Source: Felis catus
Taxonomy: Eukaryota
Direction of reading: 5' to 3'
Assembly (NCBI RefSeq): GCF_018350175.1
Contig: NC_058368.1
Location: 170,440,001 to 170,504,000 of the forward strand
Length of the DNA stretch: 64,000 nt
Shown here: positions 41,140-54,255 of the stretch, piece after piece
How the letters are laid out: every line of letters begins with the position of its first letter
How positions within the stretch are numbered: the stretch's first letter is position 1
The notes under the pieces: generated by a model
Database searches by the model: none
The model's input: the letters and a program-made list of their open reading frames with translations, nothing else
Told to the model about the DNA's origin: nothing
Position numbers and translations under genes: made by a program

Positions 41140-42210
41140 TACAATCTTAGCTAAGCAAGACTTCCAGTTTTTCTAAATCATGGAATAAAAGATTGTCAAA
41201 TCTGGCAGTGAAAAAACTTTTAAAAACAATCTTTATAGATTAAATTCAATTAACAAATTGAAAAGACATATGGCAAATAAAAACTATTTTCAACATATCA
41301 GCAGGAGAAAAGGCTAGTTCAATTCAATAAGAAAATCCAAATTTCCAAATAAAAAAGTAGGCAAAAAACAAAAATAGGCAGTTGGCAGAAAAAGAAATAC
41401 GATAAAAATGAAAACCTCACTTACAATTAGACAAATTGGAATTTAAAGTGAAATAGCAGTGCATCAATAGTCACAATCAACAGAGTGAAAAGGCAACAAA
41501 AGGAATTTGTGGAAGTATTTGCAAATCCTATTATCTGATAAGAGGTTATCATCTAAAATATGTAGTGAACTCCTATAACTCAGCAACAAGCAAACAAACT
41601 CCTATAACTCAACAACAGCAACAACAACAACAACAAAAAAAACAAATTAACTCCATTAAAAAGGGCAAAATGCCAGGCGTAAGGGATGGGGGAAATAGGA
41701 AGAGGCTGTTAAAAGGGGACAAACTTCTGGCTGTAAGATGAATAAGATCTGAGGATCTAATGTAAACATGATGACTATAGTTGATACCACTGTTAATTGT
41801 GTAATTTGCTAACAGAACAGAACCTAAATGTTCTCACCAAACAAAGGAAGGGCAAATTTGTGAGGTGATGGATGCATTAATTAACCAGACGCTAGGAATC
41901 CTTTCACAGTGTATACATATGTCAAATCACCATGATGTATACTTTAAATACCTTACAATTTTATATGACCTCAATAATGCTGAAAAAAATAAAAATCAAA
42001 GGCTCAGATCTTGGTGTTTAAATAGAAATGGGCCAAAGATTTGAATAGACATTTCTTCAAGGCAAATATACAACAGCATATGAAAAGATGCTGAAACTCA
42101 TAAATCATTAAGGAAATGAAAATCAAAACCACAGGTAACACCTACACCCATTAGAATGGCTACTACAAAAAAGAAAAAATAGAAAATAACAAGTGGTAGC
42201 AAGAATGTAT
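41140..42210 (+). mobile_element. Mosaic of old L1 3' fragments (including an L1MA-type 3' end at ~41675-41995)
   Basis: Degenerate ORF2-end motifs and an L1MA 3' UTR (…AAGATGAATAAGATCTGAGGATCTAATGTA…). Confidence 0.7.
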
Positions 42211-42363
42211 CACTTGTGTGCATCACACAGAGTACTCGCTGCATAGAAAAAGAGCTCCTGTGCCTGTCTCTATGCCTTCCTACTCCCTTAGGAAGTTTCT
42301 GAGACACTTATTTTACAGCGAAAGTAAAGATGACAGTGTCCTTTCAAATATAAAATCCTATAG

Positions 42364-42570
42364 GGGGCGCCTGGTTGGCTCAGTTGGTTAAGCATCTGCC
42401 TGTTGGCTTCCGCTTAGGTCATGATCTCATGGTTGGTGAGATCAAGCCCCACAAGCTTCCAGCTACAGGCTGACAGCACAGAGCTTGCTTGGAACTCTCT
42501 CTCTCCCTCTCTGCTCCTCTCTCTCTGTTTCTCTCTCTCAAACATAAATAAATAAACTTAAAAAATTATA
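42364..42570 (+). mobile_element. CanSINE
   Basis: Head, CT tract and tail; AAATATAAAAT(C/A)CTA direct repeats. Confidence 0.92.
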
Positions 42571-42791
42571 TCAAATATAAAATACTAGAAGCCAGTTACC
42601 CAAGCAGCCTTGTGTTAATCACTCAGTGGTCTGAAGCCTTCTCATCCCTCCTGAGCTCACTCCCATAAGGCACTGGGTGAGGTATGTGATGATAATTATT
42701 CAATCTGGTCATATTAAAATGACCATAATGCATAATAGGCCAGGCCATTCTTCCCATTCCCCACTCCCTCTCCACCTCCCACCCCCCTCAC

Positions 42792-42994
42792 CCACATACA
42801 AACAGAAGAATCAATGCATTGCAATCAGTGAGTTTAAGGGCATGTGCTCTGTTAGAATTCCTGGCAGTGACTATCATGCAAATCATGGCATTTATGAAGA
42901 TTATAAATGCTGTCCAGAAACTTAGAGTGAAAAGAACTCCTGGAAGTTCAGCCAATCTTTTTCCTCCTTTACTTCCCAGTAGTATGGTCTTGAA
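42792..42994 (-). other. Candidate exon (203 bp) with a 67-codon open, membrane-protein-like frame
   Basis: TTTTTTTCTTGGGGTAG| and GG|GTGAGG; FKTILLGSKGGKRLAELPGVLFTLSFWTAFIIFINAMICMIVTARNSNRAHALKLTDCNALILLFVC. Confidence 0.4.
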
Positions 42995-43032
42995 CTACCC
43001 CAAGAAAAAAATTAAAGGTGTTTTTCAAAGTT

Positions 43033-43740
43033 CATTAGTTAGGATAGGCCATGCATTACCAATGGGATCAACAGCACCCCTGGGGGCGGGGCAGGGAGTG
43101 GGAGAAAAAATTGGTTCTTGGCAAGGGGGTGGGAGCAAAAAAAATCCTTGTCTTTATTTAAAAAGCACAGATATACATATAGTTCATAAACAGAAAAATG
43201 TTATACTTGTGGTATTAAAATTTCATGAAGGGGGAAATTATGAAAAAAAAATCTAATAAATCTACCATGAGAAGTGATAAAAAAAAATAATGTTGAGAAA
43301 CACTGGAGTAGTCTAAACTGCTATAACAAACACCCCGCAAAACTCAGTGGCCTTACAAAACAATTTTTTTCTTACTGATAGCGCATTCTGCTGCTTGATA
43401 GTAGGGACCCTGGAGTGTGCTCTCCTCCACATAGTCATACAGGAACTCAGGCTCCTTCCGTCCAGTGGCTCCACCATCCCTTAAGGCCTTTGAGAATCTT
43501 CCAGAATCCTCTTCATCTGGCTGCCCAATGATTAAAGAAAGAGAAGCAGAAGATAATAAAGAATATTTTGGGGGCTAGGCTTGGCAGTGAGTGCACAGTT
43601 TTCACCAACTTTATATTGCCACAAATTAGTCAATGGCCTCTTCTAAATGCAAGGCAACTGGGAAATACAGTCTAGCCCCATGCACACGAGGGGAGAATAG
43701 AATACTGCAGAAAAACAAGTTAGTCTTTGCCTCATAAGAC
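43033..43740. mobile_element. Old MLT1-type LTR interrupted by a hAT-like DNA element (~43050-43305)
   Basis: LTR start ATTAGTTAGGATAGGC resumes at TAAACTGCTATAACAAAC. The insert ends GTTGAGAAACACTG, a Charlie-type terminus. Confidence 0.55.
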
Positions 43741-43759
43741 AGAAAATTTGAAGCTTTAC

Positions 43760-43820
43760 TGGAGTCTCATAGTTGATGAAAACTGAATTATATTTAATAC
43801 TTGCAATGATAAAATGTACC
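43760..43820 (-). other. Candidate exon (61 bp)
   Basis: CTCTTCTCCATTTTTTTCCAG| and CCA|GTAAAG; open in two frames. Confidence 0.45.
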
Positions 43821-44831
43821 CTGGAAAAAAATGGAGAAGAGTTTATTTTAATCCTATTCTTCAGCTTTGGGTTTTCCTTCAATCTTCCCTACACTTTACT
43901 AGCAGTAAACATTTTAACTGTTAATAAACAGGAAAACAAATTAAAGGTTTGTTTCCCAACCTACTGAACATATTCAATGCTGGAAAGAATACGGAGAAAA
44001 AGATACAATTACTCTTTGTGTAAGCTGCAAACATGTGTGAAGGGCACCTTGATAATATCTATAACAATTTTGCAGGCACATACCCACTGACACAGCAACT
44101 CCATTTCTGGACATTTATCCTGGAGATATTATTACCTTAAGTTAAAATAGCTCACCCTTACATACTGCTTACCATGTGTCAGAAGGCACAGAACATGCAG
44201 TTAATTCCCCACTAATAACTGACAGAGCAGGAGTCTGAACTGAGGAAGTTCATCTCTAGTCTCTATCCTTAACTGCTATCTTCATCATGCACACAGACAT
44301 GTCAAAGGATTGAAAATAACCTAAACATCCATCAACAGGGGACTGATTCAGTAAACTACAATAACATCCAAATATCCACAGACCACTACAAAGCTATTAA
44401 AAATAATGAGGCAGTTTTAAATATACTGGTGTGAAACAATCGATACGATATATACTTTTTAGCAAAAGAGAGAGAGAGAGAGAGATTACAGTGGAAAACA
44501 AGGCATATAAGTAGGATATCACTGTATCAAAAATTTTGAAATGAATTTCTTCAGGAAAAAAATTTCAAGGAATTTTGCAGCCCCTTAAGAGACAAACTGA
44601 GAATTTGGTGGGAAACATTTTCTGAACATCATTTTGTACCACTGGAATTTGGAAACAAGTGTTAGTAATTCCCACTTGAAACAAAAATAATTTTCATTTA
44701 TTGTGCAAAAATGATGGCAATTATATATGCATTGGTTTAATCTTTTCTAATATATAAACTTCCTTTGCCTAATCCAACTAGAAGTAGAGTGGATCAACTG
44801 ATATTCATTGCCTTTCTTTTCCGCCCATTAC

Positions 44832-44862
44832 CTGTGAAGTAGCAATTCATAGTTCTATTAAA
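44832..44862 (-). other. Candidate exon (31 bp)
   Basis: Poly-C CAG| acceptor and CAG|GTAATG donor; FNRTMNCYFT. Confidence 0.45.
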
Positions 44863-44940
44863 CTGGGGGGGGGGGGGGTGTCTGATTACATCAGCACATT
44901 ATAGAGGTCTGATCTATTGTCTCAGCATATTTCTCATTAC

Positions 44941-45057
44941 CTTAGCTATCTTTGTTATCCTTAGTACTTGCTGCCTCCGACCGAAATACTAGCTGGGTCC
45001 TCTCAAAACTCTCCATTCTACTTCCTGGGGTTTCCCGAGGCCTGATTCATGTTCTAC
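44941..45057 (-). other. Candidate exon (117 bp) with one in-frame TAG
   Basis: TTTTTTGAATTAG| and AAG|GTAATG; VEHESGLGKPQEVEWRVLRGPS*YFGRRQQVLRITKIAK. Confidence 0.4.
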
Positions 45058-45614
45058 CTAATTCAAAAAACTTTTTCCTGTGAGGTCTCTATCAGCATGG
45101 GTAAAGGCTTCCCCTGAAGGTAATAGGATGTGAATCAGAGCTGCGTAAATCCCCTTAGATTAGAATAAACTTTTTATTTACACATTTATTTTAAACGTGT
45201 TTGAAATGTATTATTTATTTACACATTATTTTTTAAACCCCACAAAAAAAGAAAAAAATGAAACTTTTAAAGCATTTTCAGGAATGGAGCTTGGTTTTCA
45301 CAAGGCAGGGACAGAGCAAATAAAAGGTCAACATGAGGGCCAGAAAAATTAAGAAGCCTCATAGGGTTGTCCAATTGGATAAGACCTTATTCCCTCACTT
45401 CTCTCTTTCAGTAAGGATCTCAAATTCTGAACTTCCTGAACATGTTGCAAACTTCCTCTTCTCAGTCCCACTGATCTGGATGCTCAAAAATCACCTGTAT
45501 TTGATAGGATACATTTCTTCTCCAGTTTTTTCCATTTAAAGAATGTTACACTGCCTTTCCTCACCATGTGAAAGCAGCCAGTGTTTTGTGCTTTTAGGTA
45601 GCCTTTTGGAATGC

Positions 45615-45770
45615 CCTAGTAGTGCTTATCAATTAATGTACATTAATAGAGATTCTGTTAAAATGCAGTTTCTAATTCAGTAGCCCTGGGTGGGGCCTGA
45701 TATTCCACATTTTTATCAGGTAATGCCAATGCTGCTGATCCACAGAATACATTTCAAGTAGAAAGGTCCT
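45615..45770. mobile_element. MER5A-like DNA transposon
   Basis: AAAATGCAG…ATTCAGTAG…GGGGTGGGGCCTGA…ATGCTGCTGATCCA. Confidence 0.7.
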
Positions 45771-45837
45771 AAAGAAAACTTGATGCTAAGAAGAAGCCAC
45801 AGCAAGCAGTGCCATTCTGAGTATGTGCAAAAGTGTA

Positions 45838-46141
45838 TGCAGAATCTGTAGCAGGCTCCAGACTCTGAGCTATCAGCACAGAGCCCGATGTGGGGCTTGA
45901 ACTTGTGAACTGCGAGATCATGACCTGAGCTGAAGTTGGACACTTAACCGACTGAGCCACCCAGATGCCCATAATATTGTTATTTTTAATGATTTTATTT
46001 TTGAGGTGGGGGCAGAGAAAGGGGTGACAGAGGATCCGAAGCAGGCTCTGTCCTGACACTGGGGTTTAAATTCATGAACCATGAGATCATGACCTGGGCC
46101 AAAGTCAGACGTGGAACTGACTGAACCCACCCAGCCACCCC
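45838..46141 (-). mobile_element. Two tandem antisense CanSINEs (left copy lacks its 3' part)
   Basis: Two antisense heads end at ~45970 and ~46141; ATATTGT(T/C)ATTTTT flanks the second. Confidence 0.88.
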
Positions 46142-46459
46142 ATATATTGTCATTTTTTCTAAGTCAGAAATGGCCAAATGTGGGTAATTTTATATGATTC
46201 AATCTAACAGCACCACTTCTTAGAGCAGTTGTGAATATTAAAATGGATAGTATATGGGATGATCATTACACAGTTCCGGGAAAGTAGAATAAGAACACAA
46301 TAAATTCTAGTATATATTACTTTAATGTACACATGTATACTTTAAAGCATGAGGATGGGAAGAAAGTGGATATTTTTGTTCTTTCTCCTTTATCATTTGG
46401 AGTTTTCTTGGATCTTTTTTCTTTCCTTTTCTTTTTCTTTCTTTTTTTTTTTTTGAACA

Positions 46460-46680
46460 ATATAACATTGTGTTTAAAATCACTAACTCTGGAGCCAGAC
46501 TGCTAGAATTTCAATTCACCAGGTATTAGCTGTGTGACTTTTGGAAAGTTACTTTACCTTCCCATGCCTCAGTGTAAAATGGAGAAATAATAGTACCTAC
46601 TTTATTAGGATTGTTGTGATACTAAGTAAGATAATATTTATAAATTGATAACAGCAGTATCTGGCACATCCTAAATGTTA
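46460..46680. mobile_element. MIR SINE
   Basis: CTCTGGAGCCAGACTGC…AGCTGTGTGAC…GCCTCAGT…GTAAAATGG…TAGTACCTAC. Confidence 0.8.
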
Positions 46681-46683
46681 TGT

Positions 46684-46711
46684 AGATAGATGGATAGAAA
46701 GATAAATAGAC

Positions 46712-46750
<39 letters not shown>

Positions 46751-46752
46751 GA
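46684..46752. repeat. (GATA)n microsatellite
   Basis: Tetranucleotide run with a degenerate 5' part. Confidence 0.95.
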
Positions 46753-48839
46753 TACATATGTACATACCCTACTTCTGACTATCGGACTACTGTTCCTAAC
46801 ATTTCTTGTTGATAGTTGGTTAATTCCAATAAAACAATTATTGTTAACCAATAAAATAACTGGTTAGTAGTCAACAAAAACAAGCCAGTAAAAGTTTAAT
46901 GATTTTCCCTTTTCTCTGGTCCATATGAACACTGATGTTAAAAAAAAAAAAAAACTACAGAAATGCAGAATATGAAATCTGAAAGTTATCTTAGAGACAA
47001 TCTGTTAAATTCCTTCATTTTACATAGGAAAATGAGATCTCTTCAAAAATGTACCTCAGTGACTTAGGGATGGGAGATGTCCATGAATTCACCCTAAACC
47101 TTCTCATCTCCCTTTAGCTACCATTGCCAATTTCCTCCCCCAGAAAATCTCTGATCAGGTACTATCAAGTTACAGAATTTTTTGGTCTCACTTTCACTGT
47201 TTTCTCTACTTTTACTAACCATCCTTTGTGGAAACAGCAGAATAACAAGCTACAGTCTTTGGAATAAATCTCCTGAAGTCATAGTTCAGTTGGCCATACA
47301 ATCTATACTCATGGACTCAGGGTGGTTCTTAAGTGGGACTGCCTCAGGACCTCAGGACTGATATAATCAGGTTTAATAAATATACTTATTTGCTGTTTTC
47401 TGCAACTGTTCAAAACAAAACAAAACAAAGCAAAGCAAAGCAAAGCAAAACAAAACAAACAAAACAGCAGCCCAGACTGGAATCAATGTTGAAAATACAA
47501 GAGACAGTCTCAATTGTTCAGTACAAGCACAGTTTAAGACATTAGAACTACTACAATTTCTTATGTATTTTGTAATGGACATGGTGGCTCATAGAAAAGT
47601 AACAGAATGCGAAACTAATAAGCAATAGTTAAAGCTGAGAAGGAAAGCTAAACGTGGCTCTCTTGGATATCTGGAATTGACTGAGTCATAGATGATGCCA
47701 TCCATGATTCAAGTCAATGAGACTTTAAAGAAACAGGTACTCCTTCCCTTTTTTTTCCCTTCCCTTCCTTTTCTTTTTTCTTGAAGGAGAAAAGGGCTAC
47801 AAAGGGCTGCATTCTGTTAATTCTTTTTTGCAGGTTTAATCTTTATTTTAATAACCATTTTTAAGTGAAAAGTTAAAAAAAAAGAAATAAACAGATAAAA
47901 TTAGAGTTAACAATTTTCCAAATAGAACACATCCCACAAAATTACATCAAAACATAATGGCAGTCTTACTCATCTTAGAGCTAGATAATTTATTCTAAAA
48001 TTGTACTCTGTTTTGGTAGAATACCACTATGTTAACTTGGGCAGACCAGAGACTGGAACAGAGGTCAGTCACTTAAAGAGTAAATAATTAATTTCTTTCT
48101 CATATAACAAAATAAAACGTGCCTAGCTGCAAGGAGAGCTAGGTAATACAGTCTCTAGCTGGACAATCACTTTTCAGTCACAATTTTATTAATGCCAAGA
48201 AGAAAAGAACAGGTTTCAGAGAACAGCTAGAAGTCTTCACTACATTCACAAATATGATTTAATAAAATGATACCTTGGTGAATCATAGTGAGAATTTTAA
48301 GATCATCTGAAAGATAGGCATCTTTTAAGATCAATATCTTCTAAGTTTTTTGTAAAGTAGTTTATATCAGATTCCAGCATAATAACTTTGCATCTAGTAA
48401 AACTAATCCTCCAATCCTACTATACCACCACTATCAAGTGTCTTTTAATGACTAATTTCAACCCACACTGATCTTCATTTTTTCTTATAGCCTATAACAT
48501 TTATTCATACTAGTCTCTCCAGCACTTCATTATATATTGATGTCCTGTGAACACTTCTAAAAGACCACAAATTTCTTAAGGATACCTTAATATTAGTAGT
48601 ACTCAGTAAAATGCAAAATTCAGAAGGTATTTAATAAATTCTTAAAGATTTGAAGTAAATGCATCTGAGCCAGAATCTATCTACTACATACAAGACAGAA
48701 TAGCTGCTAACGTTTCAATAGATACCACCTTAATAATTTACTGATAACATTATAGACTTCCTGTGACTAAAAAAAGAGTGAAAATAGAATTAATACCAAC
48801 ACCAAAGTGGATCACAAAGCAAAACTTTGCTCCCAGAAA

Positions 48840-48990
48840 AGTAGCAAAAACAAAAGAAAGAAAGAAAGAGAGCGAGAAAAAAAGAAGGAAAGAAAGAAAG
48901 AAAGAAAAAGAAAAAAGGAAGAAAGAAAGAGAAAAAGAAAAAGAAGAAAGAGAGAAAAGAAATGGCAAAAACAAAGAGAAGAAAGCAGAT
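48840..48990. repeat. Purine-rich (GAAA)n-like low-complexity tract
   Basis: Almost exclusively A/G on the + strand. Confidence 0.9.
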
Positions 48991-49194
48991 GTGGAATTGA
49001 AATAGTAAAAAGCAAATGGTAAAGCAAAATGGTTCAACCCAATGTAAACTCTATATAATACAAAATAATGGTCAAATCAATCTTAAAGTAAGCAAAATTG
49101 CAAGAAAAAGTACATTTCAAGAAAAGAATAGCATATTTTGGATAGATCATCAATTTTAACAGTAACTTGTCATAACTATTCCCTTTCCACCCAC

Positions 49195-49229
49195 TGCTGA
49201 TTTTTTGGCAGCGGATAGCCATTGGAATC
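49195..49229 (-). other. Candidate exon (35 bp)
   Basis: CTCCATCTCCTGCTGTAG| and GCA|GTGGGT; phase 1-0, RFQWLSAAKKSA. Confidence 0.35.
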
Positions 49230-49802
49230 CTACAGCAGGAGATGGAGACAAGGAATAGGATGACTATAATGAAGTAATCATACATAGAGGGAGATAATGC
49301 AGATAAGGCAAAAGAGAAGAGGTAAAGGATAAAGCCACATATATGAGCAAGTGAAGCCAGAGTGACAACCAAAGTCAACAGATCCTCTTCAAACACCAGG
49401 CTGTCCTATCATTGTCTACGCAACACTGAAGCAGTGCTTGCATGTAGTAAAAACAAACATCAGCTAACATTTGAATTGAAGTGAAGTGAAATAAAGTAAA
49501 GTAAAGCAAAGCAAGAGAACAAAAGAAATATGGGAACAAAACAAACAATAATGACTCAACAGTCAATGCTGGAATGAAAACAAACTGAATTAGGAGAAGA
49601 AATTTTTATTACCAGTTAAAACAACATAATTAAGCAGCAATAAGATCAGACTTCTGATTTCAAATGCCAATTAAAGTTGCAATGACCAAGGCAACATAAA
49701 ACCAATCCAATGCTTTTGGAAAATTATGATGAATAATTTAAGAAAAATTATTCAGATAGCTTTAGTCAGGTTGCATGGAGATACAGAAAGATACCTGAGT
49801 TC

Positions 49803-50018
49803 TTTTTTTTTTTTTCAACGTTTATTTATTTTTGGGACAGAGAGAGACAGAGCATGAACGGGGGAGGGGCAGAGAGAGAGGGAGACACAGAATCGGAAAC
49901 AGGCTCCAGGCTCTGAGCCATCAGCCCAGAGCCTGACGCGGGGCTCGAACTCACTGACCGCGAGATCGTGACCTGGCTGAAGTCGGACGCTTAACCGACT
50001 GCGCCACCCAGGCGCCCC
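49803..50018 (-). mobile_element. Very young felid SINE
   Basis: Nearly identical to the copies at 28116 and 57525; short TSD AGTTCT. Confidence 0.97.
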
Positions 50019-50362
50019 AAGTTCTAGTTTTAGTTCTGCCATTGACAATTTGTGGCCAACAGTAATATAACCCTCCTTATATATTTTAAAAATATTGAAA
50101 TTTGTTTGGGAAAAAATTAAAATACTAGGAAAAATTACATTTACTCAAGGTAAAATGAGAAGTTGCATTAAGGTTCAATGAATCTTCAAAGTAAAAGAGT
50201 GATTGTCTTTTTGCTTCTATCTCTTTGGCACATCTTTAGCAGAAAGCTGAATTGGAAGTTTATAATGTATTAATATAACCAAATACAGATAATATCCATT
50301 TCTGATTAATTTTGTTTCCAAATTTTGAACAGTGTGTCCCCTTTTAATTATATTCTATTACC

Positions 50363-50592
50363 AGGGTGCCCGGGTGGCTCAGTTGGTTAAGTGTCCAACT
50401 TTGGCTCAGGTCATGATCTTGCAGATCATGGGTTCGAGCCCCACGTCAGGCTCTGTGCTGACGGCTCAGAGGCTAGAGCCTGCTTTGGATTCTGTGTCTC
50501 CCTCTCTGTCTCTGCCCCTCCCCTGCTCATGCTCTGTCTCTCTCTATCAAAAATAAACATTAAAAAATTTAAAAACAAAAATAAAAAAAACT
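50363..50592 (+). mobile_element. CanSINE
   Basis: Full SINE; TSD TATATTCTATTA. Confidence 0.95.
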
Positions 50593-51879
50593 AATAACTA
50601 TATTCTATTAGCATTATTCACTATCTCCAATTACTTTTACAGTGACATTTAAAATTTACTGCCAGGAACTGTGCTAGGTCCAAGCAATAGTTATCCTTTC
50701 AGTCATCCTCCACAGTCATTATTAGTGTGATTATTCCCATTTTTTCAAATAAATTATTATTATTCCCATTTTACAAGCAGGAAATGAAATTTCTCCCAGC
50801 TGAGGAAATTTAAATTGACCAAAATTACACAGCTAGTAACAGGCGGAACTGGAATTAGAAAGTGAGGTTGTATAACTCCAAAGCATGTTCTCTGTATATG
50901 GCACTGTGTGGGTCCCCTTGGACCTTCAACTGAATACTAATTGGCACAGGCACATAAAGATAATACCAGATGCCAGGAAAAGATCACGTAGAAGGGGGAA
51001 TGAGAACAATCTCAAGCTCACACAAGGCCAAGAATAATATGTGACCAATGTGGAAAAGCTCATAATTCATAGGTCATCAGGTAGACTACTCAGAAAGTTA
51101 TAGCCATTGTCTTGAGGGAAATATTACCCATAGACTACTCTGATTCGACCTAGCAAAACTTAAATGCAGGAATCAAACGAATGAAACTTTCCTATTAACT
51201 ATGTCCCAGAATAAAGTTCAAAAATAGTCAACTCCTAACAAGGCAAAATTTACAAATCTACAATATCACTCATCCAATCAAAAATTACTAGGAATGCAAG
51301 AAAGAAGAAAAATGCTACCCATAATAAGAAGAAATCAATCAATGGAAATAAATCCAGAAATGACAGATAAAAGAATTAGTAGAAAGAACATTAAATAGTT
51401 AATATAACTGTATTTCATATGTTTAATAAGATAAAGACATGATTGAGCTTATCAAATACATACATAAAAGATATTTTAGAAATCCCAAATAAAATTTCTA
51501 AACATGAAAAATGCAAATCTGAAACTAAAAATACACTGGGTGACATTAATAGCATATTAGACCCAGCAAGAGAAAAAAAATGGTTAATTTGAGGAATAAC
51601 AATATAAACAATACAAAATGAAACACAAAGCAAATGTTGGAAAAAAACATTTAAGGAATTGGTGAGGTGCAGGACAACTTCAAGTGGCCCAATACACATA
51701 TAATTTGTGTTATCAAAGAAGGGGCATTTTCCAAATTTGATGAATTTCCAATTTCCAAATTCCAAATAATGGCATTTTCCAAATTTGATAAAAACTATAA
51801 ATCCACAGATTCAAGTTCAACAAACCCTAACCACAAGAAACTTCATGGCACATCATAGCCAAATAGCTTACAACTAATG

Positions 51880-54255
51880 ATTTTTTTCTTTTTGATGCTA
51901 TCATAAATCAGATTATTTTCTTAATTTCTCTTTCATTGTTAGTGTACAGAACTGCAACTGAGTTTTGTATATAAATTTTATATCCTACAGATTTTGTAAA
52001 TGTATTAGTTCTATTAGTTCTGATAGCTTTTTCTTTTGATGGTCTTTTGGGTTTTTTATATATACTATCGTGTCATCTGCAAATAGAGACAATTTAATTT
52101 CTCCCTTTCTGATCTGGATGCCTTTTACTTCTTTTTCTTGCCTAATTGAGCTGGATAGGAATTTCAGTACTAAGCTAAATATAAGTGGTGAGAGTGAGCA
52201 TCCTTGTCTTGTTCCTGATCTTAGAGGGAAAATTTTCCGTTTTCAATACTGAATATGTTAGCTGTGGACATGTCATCTATGGCCTTTATTATGTTCAGTT
52301 ACATTCCCCCTATATCCATTTTATTGAAAGTTTTTATCATGAAACGATATTAAATTTTGTCAAATGCTTTTTCTGCATCTATTGAGATGATCATATGATT
52401 TATACTCTTCATTTTGTTAATGTGATTGATTTGAGATGTTGACTGAGATACCAGGTGCCCCAATGTATATTATCCTTTTAATGTAACTGATGAACTCAGC
52501 TCGCTAATATTTTATCGAAGATTTTTACATCCGTGTTCATCAGGGCTATTGGCCTTTAATTTTCTCTTTTTGCTGTGCCTTTGTCTGGTGTCGGTATTGG
52601 GTAATGCTGGCCTTGTAAAATGAGCTTGAAAGTATTCCTTCTTTTCCAATGTTTGGAAGATTTGGCGAAGGGTTGGTAAGACTTATTCTTTAAATGTTTG
52701 GTAGAATCAACCAGTGAAGCCAACTGGTCTTAGTTAGGAGGTTATTAATTGCTAATTCAAACTCCTTACTAGTAACTAGTCTGTTCAGATTTTCTATTTC
52801 TTCATGATTCAGTGTTGGTAGGCTGTACATTTCTAGGAATTTATCTATTTCTTCTAGGTTGCCCAGTTTGTTGGTGTTTGTTCATAGTAGTCTCATGATC
52901 CTTCGTATTTGGGTAGTATCAACTGTAAACATCTACTGTTTAATTTATAATTTTATTTATTTGAGTCTTTTTTTCTTGGTTAGTGTGGCTAAAGTCTTTT
53001 TTGTTTATATTTTCAATAAACTACCTCTTAGTTTTACTGATCTTTTCTATTGTCTTTTTAATGTCTATTTAATTTATTTCCATATTGATCTTTGTTATAT
53101 TCTCTCTCCTGCTAACTTTGGACTTAGTTTGCTCTTTTTCTCATTCCTTAATGTGCATACTAAGGTTTTAAAATTTTTTTCTTATTTATTTATATTTTTT
53201 TACTTGAGATCTTTCTTTTATGTTAATGTAGGTTTTTATCACTATAAAAGTCCCTGTTAGACTACTTTTGCTGCATTCCTTAAGTCTTGGTATGTTTCCA
53301 TTTTAATTTTTCTCAAGATTTTTTCCCAAGAGGTTTTTTATTTGGGGCTCCTGGCTGGCTCACTTGGTAGAGCATAAAACTCTTGATCTCAGGGTCATGA
53401 TTTCAAGCCCCAGGCTGGGCGTGGAGCCTACTTAAAAATATTTTTTGTTAAAAAAAAAAAAGGTTTTTTTATTTCTTTTTTTTATTTTGCCTTTGACCCA
53501 CTGGTTGTTCAAGAGTATTTTGTTTCATGTGCATATATTTATGGATTTTCTAGGTTACTTCTTGTAACTGATTTCTAGTTTCATACCATTTTGGTCGAAA
53601 AGTATCCTGGACATGATTGACATGACTTCAATCTTGTTATATTTATTAAGACTTGTTTGTAGCTTAACATATGATCCAATCTGAAGAATATTTCATATGT
53701 ACTTGAGAAGAATGTGTACTCTGCTCCTGTTGGATGGAATGTTCTGAAAATGTCTCAGTCAGTCCATCTGGTCTAATAGGTCATTTAAAAACAATGTTTT
53801 CTTACTGATTTTCTGTTTGGATGGTCTACCCATTATTGAAAGTGGGTACTGAAGTCCCCTACCATTACTGCCTTGCTGTCTATTTCTCCCTTCAAGTTTG
53901 TTAATATTTGCTTTATATATTAAGGTGCTTCTATGTTGGGTGCATACATATTTACAACTGTTGTATCCTCTTGATGAATTGACTTCTTTATCATTATATA
54001 ATGACATTAAAAGTTACTAAGAGAGTAAATCTTAAATGTTCTCACCACAAAAAAGAAATGGTAATTATTGGAAGTGATTCAGGTGTTAGCTAACACTATG
54101 GTGGTAATCATTTTGCAATATATAAAAGTATCAAATCAATACTTTGTACAGCTTAAACGTACACAATATTATGTAAACTATAGTGTGTGTGTGTATTTGT
54201 GTGTGTGTATATATGTATATCTGGGGCGGGGGGGGGGGGTGGGTGGAGGGGAAGA
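51880..54255. mobile_element. L1 insertion with 5' inversion: antisense ORF2 (51880-54007) plus sense L1MA-type 3' end (54008-54180)
   Basis: Antisense EN/RT relics (…LNDLLDQMD) are joined to sense AAAGTTACTAAGAGAGTAAATCTTAAATGTTCTCACCAC…; degenerate flanking repeat AAC(T/C)A(A/G)TGAT. Confidence 0.8.
53344..53460 (+). mobile_element. Short tRNA-like carnivore SINE (no CT tract)
   Basis: GGGGCTCCTGGCTGGCTCACTTGGTAGAGCAT…TTTCAAGCCCC, then an A tail; AGGTTTTTTATTT-like TSD. Confidence 0.85.

Noticed and set aside
42819..43256. 145-aa + strand ORF
   Set aside because: It runs into LTR/DNA-transposon sequence, has no recognisable domain or + strand splice context, and partly shadows the minus-strand candidate exon.
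48750..49037. Lys/Glu/Arg-rich and Phe/Leu/Ser-rich ORFs
   Set aside because: Artefacts of the purine-rich low-complexity tract.
49034..49396. 120-aa hydrophobic minus-strand ORF
   Set aside because: Non-ATG start and T-rich compositional bias; no recognisable family.
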